A stretch of DNA of 52,960 bases, taken from the NCBI GenBank assembly GCA_026025075.1, contig JAPEUI010000108.1:1-52960 (forward strand), in the 5' to 3' direction. Origin of the DNA: Vezdaea acicularis. Its lineage: Eukaryota. The number at the start of each line of letters is the position of its first letter. The stretch's first letter is position 1. The notes below the pieces were generated by a model. It ran no database searches. It worked only from the letters and a program-made list of their open reading frames with translations, and was not told the DNA's origin. The translations under genes were made by a program, and so were the position numbers. Positions 1 to 10,198 of the stretch are shown piece by piece.

Positions 1-120
1 TGCTTTAGGATTGCATGACTCACGTAGTCAGCATCACGTACTTCTTGGACCATGTTCCTCAGGAATGTACCATTAGTTTAGACGACCGCCGGGTCACCCA
101 GATCGTATGCGAACTCCCAT

Positions 121-260
121 TATAGGGCTCTCCGCAGATCGCAAGCGCATCCCTAAGTATAGGGCTCTCCGCTCATCTCAAGCGCATCCCATAGTATGGG
201 CTCTCCGCATATCTCAAGCGCACCCTCTATTACGAGGCTCTCCGCTCCTCGTTGCAAGCG
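121..260. repeat. Degenerate tandem repeat (minisatellite), 4 units of about 36-37 bp
   Basis: Units start at 121, 158, 195 and 231. They share GGCTCTCCGC, then a variable 6-9 nt segment, then CAAGCG. Confidence 0.85.
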
Positions 261-309
261 AATTTTATATTACCTTGCATCTGACCAAGCATCTTTCGTG
301 CATGTGAGA

Positions 310-1140
310 CTGGTAAATATCCGTTATGGAGGCGAAGTCCGAGATTCTGAGTAGCCTGATTTGACTTTGACGAGTGGTCATACAAGTGGCGCCATGAGAG
401 GCAAGTTCCTACCTCAAGCGCCTGTTGTTGGAAGTCTCCTGGCACGACGTTCCAATTTTTTCCGGTGGATGTATTGCGGTACCTTCCAACAGGTGTTATC
501 TTTTTTTTAATTTGCCGAAGAAAAACCAAGATAATCGCCATAGTTTTACATAGGTCAGATAACGCAGGAGCTCATTCACAGTGTCCACCAATATAACGAC
601 ATCGGCATTTTATCAAGAGTTTAGGGGAACACGAGACCGTCTCAAAGCTATCGTGTCCCTTAAGCGGCATAGAAACGGGAGATCCAGGATCGATATAGTC
701 ACCATTGACGGATGAATCAAGACCTTATTAAATACCGCCAAATAATCAATCCAGGGGACGATGCAAAATAATACAACATTCACATCTAATTTGCCGCCGA
801 GATGATACGAGAGATGCAAGATACCAATTCCCTAGGTCTAAATCTTCTCAAGAATCTGGTCTATCCTGTCTAAAAGGCTGGGACAAACCGGACTTTTGAG
901 GGGATTTTCATTCTTCTTTCTCATCCCAACGGCGCTTTTATGCGTTGTTGGGAAGAGGGATGATGTAGCATATCTCCCATGTGTATAGCCTGGTCCAGAT
1001 GGCTTTTCCAGGATGATTTCCTGAAAGCTTTACAAGAGCACGTCGTTAAGATTTGCATCTTGGGCAAAATGGTATGAAGAGCCCTACCTTTTATTCATCA
1101 TGGTATATGTCAAATTGATAAGACCCAGGGTTTTATCTAA
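310..1140 (+). pseudogene. Possible heavily decayed BTB/POZ-domain gene relic
   Basis: Fragments in different + frames read SSYLKRLL, FFRWMYCGT, FLIPTALLC, VAYLPCV*P, WSRWLFQDDF and VVKICILGK-WYEEPYL. These resemble fungal BTB motifs (F.VHK.LLC, I.LP..DP, F..WLY.G, LVKLY.LA.KY) but are broken by stops and frameshifts. Confidence 0.25.
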
Positions 1141-1225
1141 CCAGCTTTGTCACACCGGCCCAGTCCTTCTGATCCGTTCTGGAACATTACTTGGCGACAG
1201 GCTTGCTACTTGAAGCGAGCGGGTT

Positions 1226-1304
1226 TGAGCAAATTTCAATTGGGTAGGAACTGCAGTGGCGAACCGACCCCCAAACTAATACGAGCCCGTCAAAGAACTA
1301 TAAA
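1226..1304 (+). promoter_or_regulatory. Metallothionein 1 promoter: Mac1-type CuRE match and TATA box
   Basis: TGAGCAAA at 1226-1233 is TTTGCTCA on the minus strand. TATAAA at 1299-1304 is followed by a C/A-rich leader up to ATG 1441. Confidence 0.4.
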
Positions 1305-1440
1305 CTCTCATTAGACCCTCAATACCCCGCTTCTATCTCTAATCTAACATCACGTTTCCATACCAAATCCGCACACTCCTCACTGAACCAACATCTCATC
1401 GATACCCCAGAAGCTCTATCTCTCTAGCTCCTAAGACATA

Positions 1441-1527
1441 ATGGCAGACTGTGGCTGTACCGCTTCCGGAAGCGCCTGCAACTGCGCCTCAACATGTGGA
1501 TGCAAGAACGGAGGAACCTGTGGCTAG
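1441..1527 (+). CDS. Small fungal metallothionein (28 aa, Neurospora Cu-MT-like)
   Basis: Translates MADCGCTASGSACNCASTCGCKNGGTCG*. It has 7 Cys, mostly in CxC pairs, and no aromatic residues. The N-terminus resembles N. crassa MT (MGDCGC...CNC). TATA box upstream; ATAATGG start context. Confidence 0.85.
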   Translation: MADCGCTASGSACNCASTCGCKNGGTCG

Positions 1528-2068
1528 AGTGTGCTCTCTCGTGTTTCTAAAGATGTAAGGCATGCCCTCACCACCGATATGCAAAGAGTACTCATTGATT
1601 CATCATAGCAAAAGGGTTTACTTCCTTATCAATGCTGTCACTTCAATTATCAACCATTATCTGCAACACTTTCCTTAGTCACTGCATATGACGAATATGG
1701 TCATTGTCACTCTTGTACCTCTAAGTTGAACACAAATTGGCGCTGGAAACACTCTTGGGGAAGATTAGAAGCCACAAGACTATTCAATATCAGGGTGGAC
1801 TTTGAAGGCACGCTGATCGCTCTGCTATCGTGATCATCTCAAACCTCAGCTATCACGGCATGGCGATGTTGGACACTCTTCTCCAGATCCAGTATTGGAT
1901 AGCTTGTGTGCTCCTCCCTCGCTGCAGCTATCTTCGAAAAGGGATCATCAACCATCCATTGATAATGCTATCCCATGTCCCCCGACCCCACCATCATGCC
2001 CTTCCCCTCCTCCCTTTACCCCTAGTTGCTGACCAACACGACCCCGCTATCTTTTTCGGCCCCACTGC

Positions 2069-2269
2069 CACGTGAAAGCAAACGGTAGGCCCATCTTCGC
2101 TCAAGATACTTACGTAACACTCAGTTTGTGCAACAATGCTATCCACTGACCGGCGTTCGATTGCGATGCCCCACGGGTCTCCGCATCTCACTTCCTAATG
2201 GAGCGACGGACTTACTCTTCCCTCTATCCGTGACGCTGACGTTGCACAACCCTCACACAGCATATAAAA
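2069..2269 (+). promoter_or_regulatory. Metallothionein 2 promoter: E-box, bZIP palindrome, CRE half-sites, TATA
   Basis: CACGTG at 2069-2074, TTACGTAA at 2110-2117, TGACG at 2231 and 2237, TATAAAA at 2263-2269. Confidence 0.45.
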
Positions 2270-2431
2270 TTGATGCTCCACTCTCATTCATCATAGAGCT
2301 TCAACTTATTTCCCTTAAAGGACGAACATCTTCTCCGCTATTGACACATATCGCAACGAACTCTCATCCCATCTAACCCTTAAGATTCATTCCCAAAGTT
2401 AACCAACTCACGACTTCGCACACACACAACC

Positions 2432-2566
2432 ATGACCGATTGTCTCTGCTCTAAATGTAAATGCGCTGGCAATTGCGATGGCTGCCAATGCATGTCCTGC
2501 GGTGTTAGTTCATGAGCTATCCGTTCGTTGAACTATGGGGCCAGACTGACGTTCTTGTAGCACTAA
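2432..2566 (+). CDS. Small fungal metallothionein (25 aa), join(2432..2503,2561..2566)
   Basis: MTDCLCSKCKCAGNCDGCQCMSCG|H*, 8 Cys. A 57-nt phase-0 intron (GTTAGT...ACTGAC...TAG) precedes the last codon. ACCATG start context. Confidence 0.9.
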
Positions 2567-2969
2567 ATATCAATCTTCCGCAATGGCAAGCAATAGTGAT
2601 GTGTGTACATACGGTTCGACGAGTTAGGGACTGAGCATATGCGGAATGGGTTGAAGTGGATTTCATTTCTTTGGTGGGGGATGGCTATGAGGGGTCATGA
2701 TAACATTCATTTCGTCTGTAAGGAGCACATGGGCTAGAAACGAAATGGGAAATGGTAGCATTGGCTGAAGAAACATTCATTGATTTCGAAGAGTTGGGAG
2801 CTCTAGTCATGCAACGCTTGATTGATGCAACATGTCATGATCTACATTCTTCATTTTTCACACATCCCTATATGCAAAACCTACGTGATACTGAACCAAC
2901 AGCATCCCCATCTTCCAAAATGTTTCCCGCGGACCTCATGGATGCCCGAAAACGCCACGTCAAGCCGAC

Positions 2970-4711
2970 CTAACCTAAATTCATTCTACCATCATCGCCC
3001 ATGCCCCACTGGTCCTCGCGCTGACCTAGTAGTCTCGGATCTTCATCCGGACTGTCTCTGTCCCTGTCTCTTGTGAAACTGCCTTTGCTACCTTTACTCG
3101 TCTCGCTGCCCCTCCGCTGCTTATTCCTGAACCACTTCCGCTTCTGCGATGAGCCACTCATACTCTTCTCATCGTCACTATTCCCGCCTGTGGGTTCGGC
3201 ATCACTCATTGTCTTCTCGTCTGGGTTACTTCGCGGGTTTGGCGTCGCGTTGGGGGTGACCTCCGTGCTGGGTGTCACTTCCACGAGCTCGGCATCTCTG
3301 TACCATTTCCGCCGCCGCGTATAGCGGCCCCAGCTATCCTGACCTCGTTTCCCGTCATGCCACTTGTTGTCGTAGTATATCCAGCCTGCGCCGCCCCCGG
3401 CATCCTGGTTGCCCCCTCCGCCACCCTCGTCGGTCTTAGCAGCGCCTTCAACACGCCATTCACTCCCTTCTACCCAGCGCCAGCGGGCTGCTCCGTCCTC
3501 GATTTCAGGGAGCGTGAAGTCGTCCTTGGAAGGTGCGGGGTTGAGTCGTTCATCCGTCCAGGCAGCTCGCTCGCCCGCGAACATCGACTGTGTCCAGCCG
3601 ATGCCAATCCAACGGCGTTGATTTTCATAGAGGACGAATGTGAAGCGCACACCGGGTGAGCCCGGGCGGCGTTTGGTGTTCAGGAGGCTTGGATCATTAC
3701 TGCGTGGGGGAAGGCGAGGTGGTACCTCTTTCTTTCCTTTTGGAGTGGTGACGCTCGGCTCAGCTCCACCGAAATTAAGTCCTGTGATATATGAACATAA
3801 TTTGCGGACAGTCGAAGAGCGCCAGAGGATTGTACGGGAGACTCGGGCGGGGCGCGAATGCCAACTCAAGAAGAGAGTGCCAATGGTTAGGACGACCCGA
3901 CGAGAAGTAATAAGCTGGAAGGGCGGAAGGGTGAGTAGGATCCAAATAGGGGTAATAAATAGAATTCGGACGAAGAGTGTTGTAAGTGCGGGCCGCGTCG
4001 TTGCCGAAGTAGCGGTGCGTTGAGTGGACAGAAAGTCTGTCAGGCGAAGAAGAGGGTCAAGCATAACATTGCAGCGTGACGTGAAGGTCTTCATAGTCTC
4101 CAATATCTCATCCAAACTCTTATGGTGACGCGAGCCACTGCTCTCAGATCCTTCCCTGCTATGTCCCTTTTCCTTCTCCCCAGTGATCCCGCTCGACGAT
4201 AAAGGTGAGTAGCGGCGCGAATACATTCCCACCATTAGGCCGATGACCATCACAAGCGGGCCAGCCCACTTCGTGACAAGATCTCCATACAGTACGATTG
4301 CCCAGAATCCAGCAATGAGTAAAAAGCTCTCCCAAGGGTCATCGCTCGTCCATGATAGCAGGCCAACGAATTTATTGAGGGGTAGTATGAAGGGATGTGA
4401 GTATGCGAGAGCTCGAGTGACCTGCGGTGGTGTCGCTACTAATAAAGGCGACTTCTGATGTACAAGTATTGTAGATCGCTGTTTCAAGCCAGGAGAGGTT
4501 TGCGCTATGGATGGCGGGGAGAAAGCGGCTACGGTTGGGGGATTGATATTTTGATTGCCCTCTGATTGCGCGTTGTCGGGCGCTGGAGCCGCTGGGGACG
4601 ACATGGAGTTCATCCACGGTGTATCTAGATCATGAGTTAGACATTGCGCCGGCTTCACCGTACATTTTTGGTTGGAAAGATGCAGAGAGCTTGCTCACCC
4701 AAAGCTGCCAT
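2970..4711 (-). CDS. PEX30: Pex23/Pex30-family integral peroxin with reticulon-like and dysferlin domains; complement(join(2970..4624,4699..4711))
   Basis: Motifs LLSWTSDDPWESFLL, YENQRRWIGIGW, AWTDE, WIYYDNKW and YTRRRKWYRDAEL. A 13-nt first exon (ATGGCAGCTTTGG|GTGAGC...CTAAC...CTAG) gives the start MAALDTPW. Confidence 0.93.
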
Positions 4712-5955
4712 ACAGCCACAACTGCGTCATCGCCTGCCTAAGCCGAATCGAACCTTTCCGACTTGACCATACAAAACTGGTGCAGGCTAAGTAGGTTGCC
4801 GAGCTGTAGATTTTGGAGGTATTTCGTACTCGTGTCTCGTTTCATGGTGGAATGGAAAGACGAAATTACAATGCCTCTGGCTCGTACAACTATGCGCTTA
4901 CATTTTTCACGTGGAACTGCGAAAGTCATGGTGATGCGAACCGCGGCAATCGCCAATTGTGTATGTATCACATGACTATTCATGGTAGCACAGTTATTTG
5001 ATCCTACCCTTAGAATTACTGATTACATGGGTTTCTTTCCCAAAGGGTAGTATGCCGTAGTTCAAGCCATACAAGCCTAGGGGAAAGGGCTATATGCTTT
5101 GTTCCAGGTGGGCTAAGGGTTCTCCTACCGTCGAAAATTCCCATACTATCGACATTGCTAGGTACTTACACCACAAGTCCCGTTCGCGGGCTGGAAAGTG
5201 CTGGATTCAATCATTAGACGTGAACCATTAATCTGACTAACCCAATGGACCAAGTTTAAAGGGGAGACATCCGATAAGACAATGCACCATTTTGCGATGA
5301 CTTTACTTCGGGGCTAACAATGCCATTCGCTCAATGGCTTCAAACATATGTCGAATGTCCAAGGGACTCGAAGGACTTTGCTGATGGCGAACCCTTTTAC
5401 ACCGCCTGAGCGGCAGGTTACAACCTAATCTCGAGCGCGACAGCGAGGCATGAAGCTTTGAGATTGTGGCGACGGCTCTGGCATGGATACGTGACAATGA
5501 AACGCTTAGGCGCCAGTGCGACGTCTATATCAAAGCTTCAAGGTCAAAGTGCCATTACCTGAGCAATGCGGTGTCGTTTTAAGGTTGTAGGAAGTTTCTT
5601 GTCCTAGAATTGATCAAGCAGTCAAACACGAGGTTGGAGATGTCGCTGGGGACAGTTCCTGCTGGCCCCTCAGCCAAGGAGCCAATGAGGGAGTTTCCGT
5701 AAGCCCCATACGTCAGTACACCAGTTTGCCAACTCCTCCATCTAACCTCCACAATAGCATCCCAAGAGCTCAATTGCAAACCCCTATACGTGTATAAGCT
5801 GAGGCATTCTCAAAATCACCGTATTCACCTAATTGGACCACACTCGAGTCCACGGCTACCGTTCGCCCACTTCTACAGCAACAAATCAACTACCAAATTC
5901 CCACCGACAACTCAATTGATTCATCCCCCCTCCTTTTCACCACCAACTACACACA

Positions 5956-6360
5956 ATGTCCTCCTCTGAACAACGCCCCTTCCTCTTCAGCTTCAAACCC
6001 CGCTCCCGTTCTTCTACGAACACCATCACCAACCCTTCTGGTACTAACCCTCCTCAAAACTCTGCCAAACCCCAATCACACCCCGAAGAGGAAGATGACC
6101 CATGGACGCCAGCACGCGAAGGCTATCTTATGCATCTTTATCACTCATCAACCGAGAATGGTGGGCATGCACTGAGCGATGAGGCGCTGGCGAGCAAGAT
6201 GAACAAGCAGTTTTGGAATAGTCATTTCACCGTCCCTGGAGTTAAGGGAAAGAAAGAGGAGTTGCTGAAGCGAGAGGATGTTGAACGAGAGGAAGAGGAT
6301 GGAGAGGAAGGTGGAGAGGAGGGAGTGGAGATTGAGGATTGGCGGGATAACAAGGATTAG
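5956..6360 (+). CDS. Hypothetical 134-aa protein, possible Myb/SANT-like helix bundle with acidic tail
   Basis: ACAATG context, C/A-rich leader and TATAA at 5793. PWTPAREGYLMHL...LSDEALASKMNKQF has Myb-like spacing; the C-terminus is Glu-rich. Confidence 0.6.
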   Translation: MSSSEQRPFLFSFKPRSRSSTNTITNPSGTNPPQNSAKPQSHPEEEDDPWTPAREGYLMHLYHSSTENGGHALSDEALASKMNKQFWNSHFTVPGVKGKKEELLKREDVEREEEDGEEGGEEGVEIEDWRDNKD

Positions 6361-7021
6361 CAGAGGGCTAATACCAGGGCTGGGATAAGGGAATTAGAGA
6401 GACATTGGCTATAGCATAAAAGCTCGAAAATGCATTGATTATGGATAGAGAGACCCATTGGACTAAGAGTCTGAGAATATGAGAGTATGAGAAGGGGGAT
6501 AAAGGCCTTAAGGCTGACACAGTTCTACATTTAGACATTGCATCAACACCGAGTGCCTCAATGGGCCTTTACATACTGTCTTGGGAACAGGAAACCTTGG
6601 AAAAGTGTTTATCAAAAAGGTGTTTGATAGGAAAGCAAGAGGAGTATATCAGATTGACTTAACGCGTTCCCTGTCTGTCTCCCAGGCCCCATACATCGGG
6701 CATTTTGCGGTGACGGCTAGTGAGCCAGACGCACGATCCTCCCGTTCCTGCACTACTGCTGCAAGTCCCTTCCTCATCTCCGTTCAGTCCTCCCTCACCA
6801 ATGGCACTTCCCTTCTTAAAGTTTGACACCCATTCGAACCGTGGTAACAAAGGACTTGGCGGTACGCCTTTTGGAGACGAGAATCAGTCGTACCCGGGAT
6901 TTTCGCGCAAGATGTAACGGAAAAAGTCGCAATCACGTGAAGACATTCAGAAGGCTTGGCGTTTGCAATATCGTTAGATTTTCGCGAAGGACGTGGGTTC
7001 TGTTTGCAGAACGCGACGACC

Positions 7022-8127
7022 ATGCGACGAATACCGAGGCTTGAGACGACGATTGACCTACTAGCTCTCTCCAATCGAAGATCAGTGAGGCCAAGTCATC
7101 TGTGCTCGACATGCAGAGCCAGCCGTGCCTCTTTCTCGACAAACATAGCGAGGCCGTCGTCGACGACAGATAAATGGCGGAAGCGGATATGGGGTTCCGA
7201 ACCACCGGTCCCCGAGGATCCCTACGGCGCACCTGGGTTTATTGAGCGTCAGAAACAGCAGCAGCAAGCCAAAAGGAATGAAAGTGCAGGAGAATTTGAA
7301 GCAGACATTGAAGCAGATCCTCCGGCCACAAGACCCGAGACGAAGAAACCACGCTCAGTGGGAGGTCGAGCTGCTCGACGGGCCCGCCAATTTGCCTTAG
7401 GAGACGACAAAGTCGTGGAGGGGTACCAGCCGGCGACGACGTGGGATGGGCTCGAGGAGGTGGGTGGGAAACCGGAGAAGCCTGTGCCAACATTTGAGGG
7501 GTGCGTTCCTGCGATGATACAAATTGTGTAGGCAGCAAGCTCACTAACAGAGACAACAGATTCCTACCAGCCACTAAGATCACAGACCCGGAGCTACTGA
7601 TGAGCGCGCTCTATGCTGCCGTCACTCTACCACAAGCAGAAATTGAGCAGCTTCACACAGACTTGAAAACGGCCTTCGATGGTGTCACATCCAGCGAAGA
7701 TGATCCATCTGCACCTCCCATACAACCATCCCTAGCATTAGGGGGGCTCCAGGCAAAAGACTCGCCTTCCCCGCTCTCCAAGTTTACCCCCCCCGAAGAT
7801 GACAGCTCCTGGCTCTCTACCCCTCTCCCCCTCGACACCAAACTGCGTGTCCACAGCACGTTCATACGCCTCACCGGCTATTTAATCCCCGACCCCATCC
7901 TAACCCGCACCTCAAATGTACAAGATATAGCAGCCCATCTTCTCGTCCCCCCGAAGCCCAAAAAGCTCGCCGAGATCCTTCTGGCGGACGAGAAATTGCA
8001 GGACCTAAAAAACGTGAAGGTCTACCCACGGAGGGTAACGGCAATTGATAAGGAGAAGATGGTGGGGAGGTGGAAAGTTATTGAGCGCGAGCTGGTGGAC
8101 AGGGGGCTGCCCGTTACTGGCACTTAG
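7022..8127 (+). CDS. MRPL13: Mitochondrial large ribosomal subunit protein mL50; join(7022..7500,7560..8127)
   Basis: Arg/Ser-rich presequence, KWRKRIWG, PATTWDGLEEVGG, RLTGYLIPD and NVKVYPRRVTAIDKEKMVGRWKVIERELVDRGLPVTG. Intron GTGCGT...CTAAC...CAG joins the two ORFs in frame. Confidence 0.85.
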
Positions 8128-8487
8128 ATCGAGGGGGGGCTTAGGAGAAGAGATTGGGGGGAAGTTTGATGCGCTCGCACCTGGTTCGGTTGGGGACATC
8201 ATGTGTTATAGATAGCTTACACAACCGTGCAACATCCAGCATAAGAGTATTACCAGCAGGAGTAATATGGAGTGCTGAGTACCCATGTACCTCCATTTTC
8301 AAAAACCATCTCCATCATCTCCCTCCTCATCTAACCCAGCGCAACCCTCCAAAAATCCCCCTATCCCCACAACCAATCCACCTCTCTCTATCCACCCAAC
8401 CCTACCACTCAACATACCCTTCAAAAAAGAAATTCATCAAAAGCAAGTCCAACCATTACGCGAATGGACTAACAATCAACAAAACGA

Positions 8488-8590
8488 TGGACGCTGTGGG
8501 AATTGAACCCACGACCTTTCACAATCACAAGAACCGTACACGAAGCGTGTACAATGCGAAGCGAAAATCATACCCCTAGACCAAGCGCCC
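8488..8590 (-). tRNA. tRNA-Ala(CGC) with 31-nt intron (8524..8554)
   Basis: Minus strand reads GGGCGCT TG GTCTAGGGGTATGAT T TTCGC TTCGCA [intron] T GTGAA AGGTC GTGGG TTCAATT CCCAC AGCGTCC A. It has the G3:U70 alanine identity pair, discriminator A and TTTT just downstream. Confidence 0.95.
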
Positions 8591-9180
8591 TTAGAGATGT
8601 AATGAAATGGGCTCTAAAACAATATATCAATGCACTGTCATCAGACAGTCAATACGACTTTGTAAATCATGGATGCAAGCACTTGCTAAGAGGCGCGGGT
8701 GATTATTGCTCCCCGCACAGCACGTTGAGCTAGGTCTGTTTATGCTTTCTGGGCTGTCTGAAAATGTAAATAAACGTGAATTGATAGAGACTTAGGGTTG
8801 TAATAAACCTATGCAGAGGATGATCAAGGCGAGCCATCTAAGCAAAATACCCTACATTGACCACGACCTCAAATGACGCCAGTACCAAACGCCCACGCCA
8901 GTAGGTGGAGAGCTGCGGTAGTCAAGCCGAACACCTCGAGTCCGCTATCTATCGAGCATTCCCCCGAGCTATTCCCGTGCTAATACCGGCATGGCCGTGC
9001 ATCATACCCTGACTATCTCCACTGACGCCTCTTCTATCAAACACCTGCACCCACCCCGCCGGCACTCTCCTTAACCTTCAAGTCAGCCCTAATGCCCTTC
9101 TCCTCTGCACCCCTGCTCCCTTCTCCTTTTTCGGCCGCACCTAGCGGGATCTCACTGCTCTCCGTCTTCGAAGTTCTGAC

Positions 9181-10198
9181 CTAGCTCTCACTCCTCCCCC
9201 TTCCGTCCTCCTCTCGCTTCTGCCGCATCAAGATCTCCAGTTCCCGTATACGCCGCTTTAGCGCCTCGTTCTCCTTCTTCACGGCCTCGAGCTCCTGCCG
9301 ATGAAAAGCCGTCTCCTCGTACCGAGCCGTTGTAGGGACTGCCGCGACGCTCGACACGGACGGGCTGCGAGCTGTAGACTCCGCATGATTTATAGAGGCG
9401 GATGGCCGGTGTGTGTACGGCATACTGCCGTAGTCGCCCTGCGAGATGTTGCTGCTGCTCTGTTGCAGCGCAGGGGAGCTGGCACCGGAGCGGCGCGACG
9501 AAGCAACTGAGTTCTGGCGGCTGACGCTGTGGCGTTCGGTGCTGGCTTGGCTAGGGGCTGGGCCACCGCTGGTGGCGCTGCCGGCCATACCGAGAGTTGT
9601 CCAGCCTGAGGTGCCGCTCGTGCTTGTTACGGCGGTGGTGATGCTTCGGGAGCTGGCGGTGGAGGAAGAGCGATGACGAGGAGATGGTGCCGGGTAAGTG
9701 GGGCCACTGAGGAGATGGTTCGTTGCTGTCGGGTCAGTGGGGTCGGGGAGGCCGGTGGAGGTAGAGCTGTGATTGCTAGCGACGGAGGCAGTGTGAGCGC
9801 GGAGTTGGGAGAGCTCGCGGGTTAGTCGGTTAACCTGAGGTTTAATGGGTTAGTGGGCTTGAGTTGGAAGGATGTGATGGGGTTTGTCTTACGACTGCTT
9901 CTTGCTCCTTCTCAAGCTGCAGATGTAGATCTGCTGCTGTCAATGGTCTGGGATGTCGCGTAGGACCAGGTCCAGAGCCTACGCCGGTGTTGTCACCAAC
10001 AGTCGCATTGTTTGCAGGGCCGAAGCCAGAGCCTGATGGACTAGGAGAGCTTATTGGAGCAGAATTTGCAGGTAGTATTGCTCCCGGGGAAGGGAGCAGT
10101 GGAGGACCCATAGCTTGTGATGTGCGGCGAGACGGAGTTGTAGAGGAGATGTGCAGAGATCGTGGAGACGGAGGAACGGAGTTGAGGTCTGGAGCCAT
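9181..10198 (-). CDS. Conserved fungal Ser-rich coiled-coil protein; complement(join(9181..9834,9893..10198))
   Basis: MAPDLNSVPPSPR...RHPRPLTAADLHLQLEKEQEAV|VNRLTRELSQLR...ARYEETAFHRQELEAVKKENEALKRRIRELE. A 58-nt intron GTAAGA...CTAAC...CAG. The frame stays open past the TAG to 9037. Confidence 0.88.

Noticed and set aside
121..260. CRISPR-like repeat/spacer array
   Set aside because: Eukaryotic context, variable parts only a few nt long and related to each other, and no cas genes.
6660..6860. Pol III ncRNA suggested by B-box-like GGTTCGAATG on the minus strand (6831-6840)
   Set aside because: Imperfect B box, no A box, and no cloverleaf or recognisable RNase P/MRP, SRP or U6 motifs.
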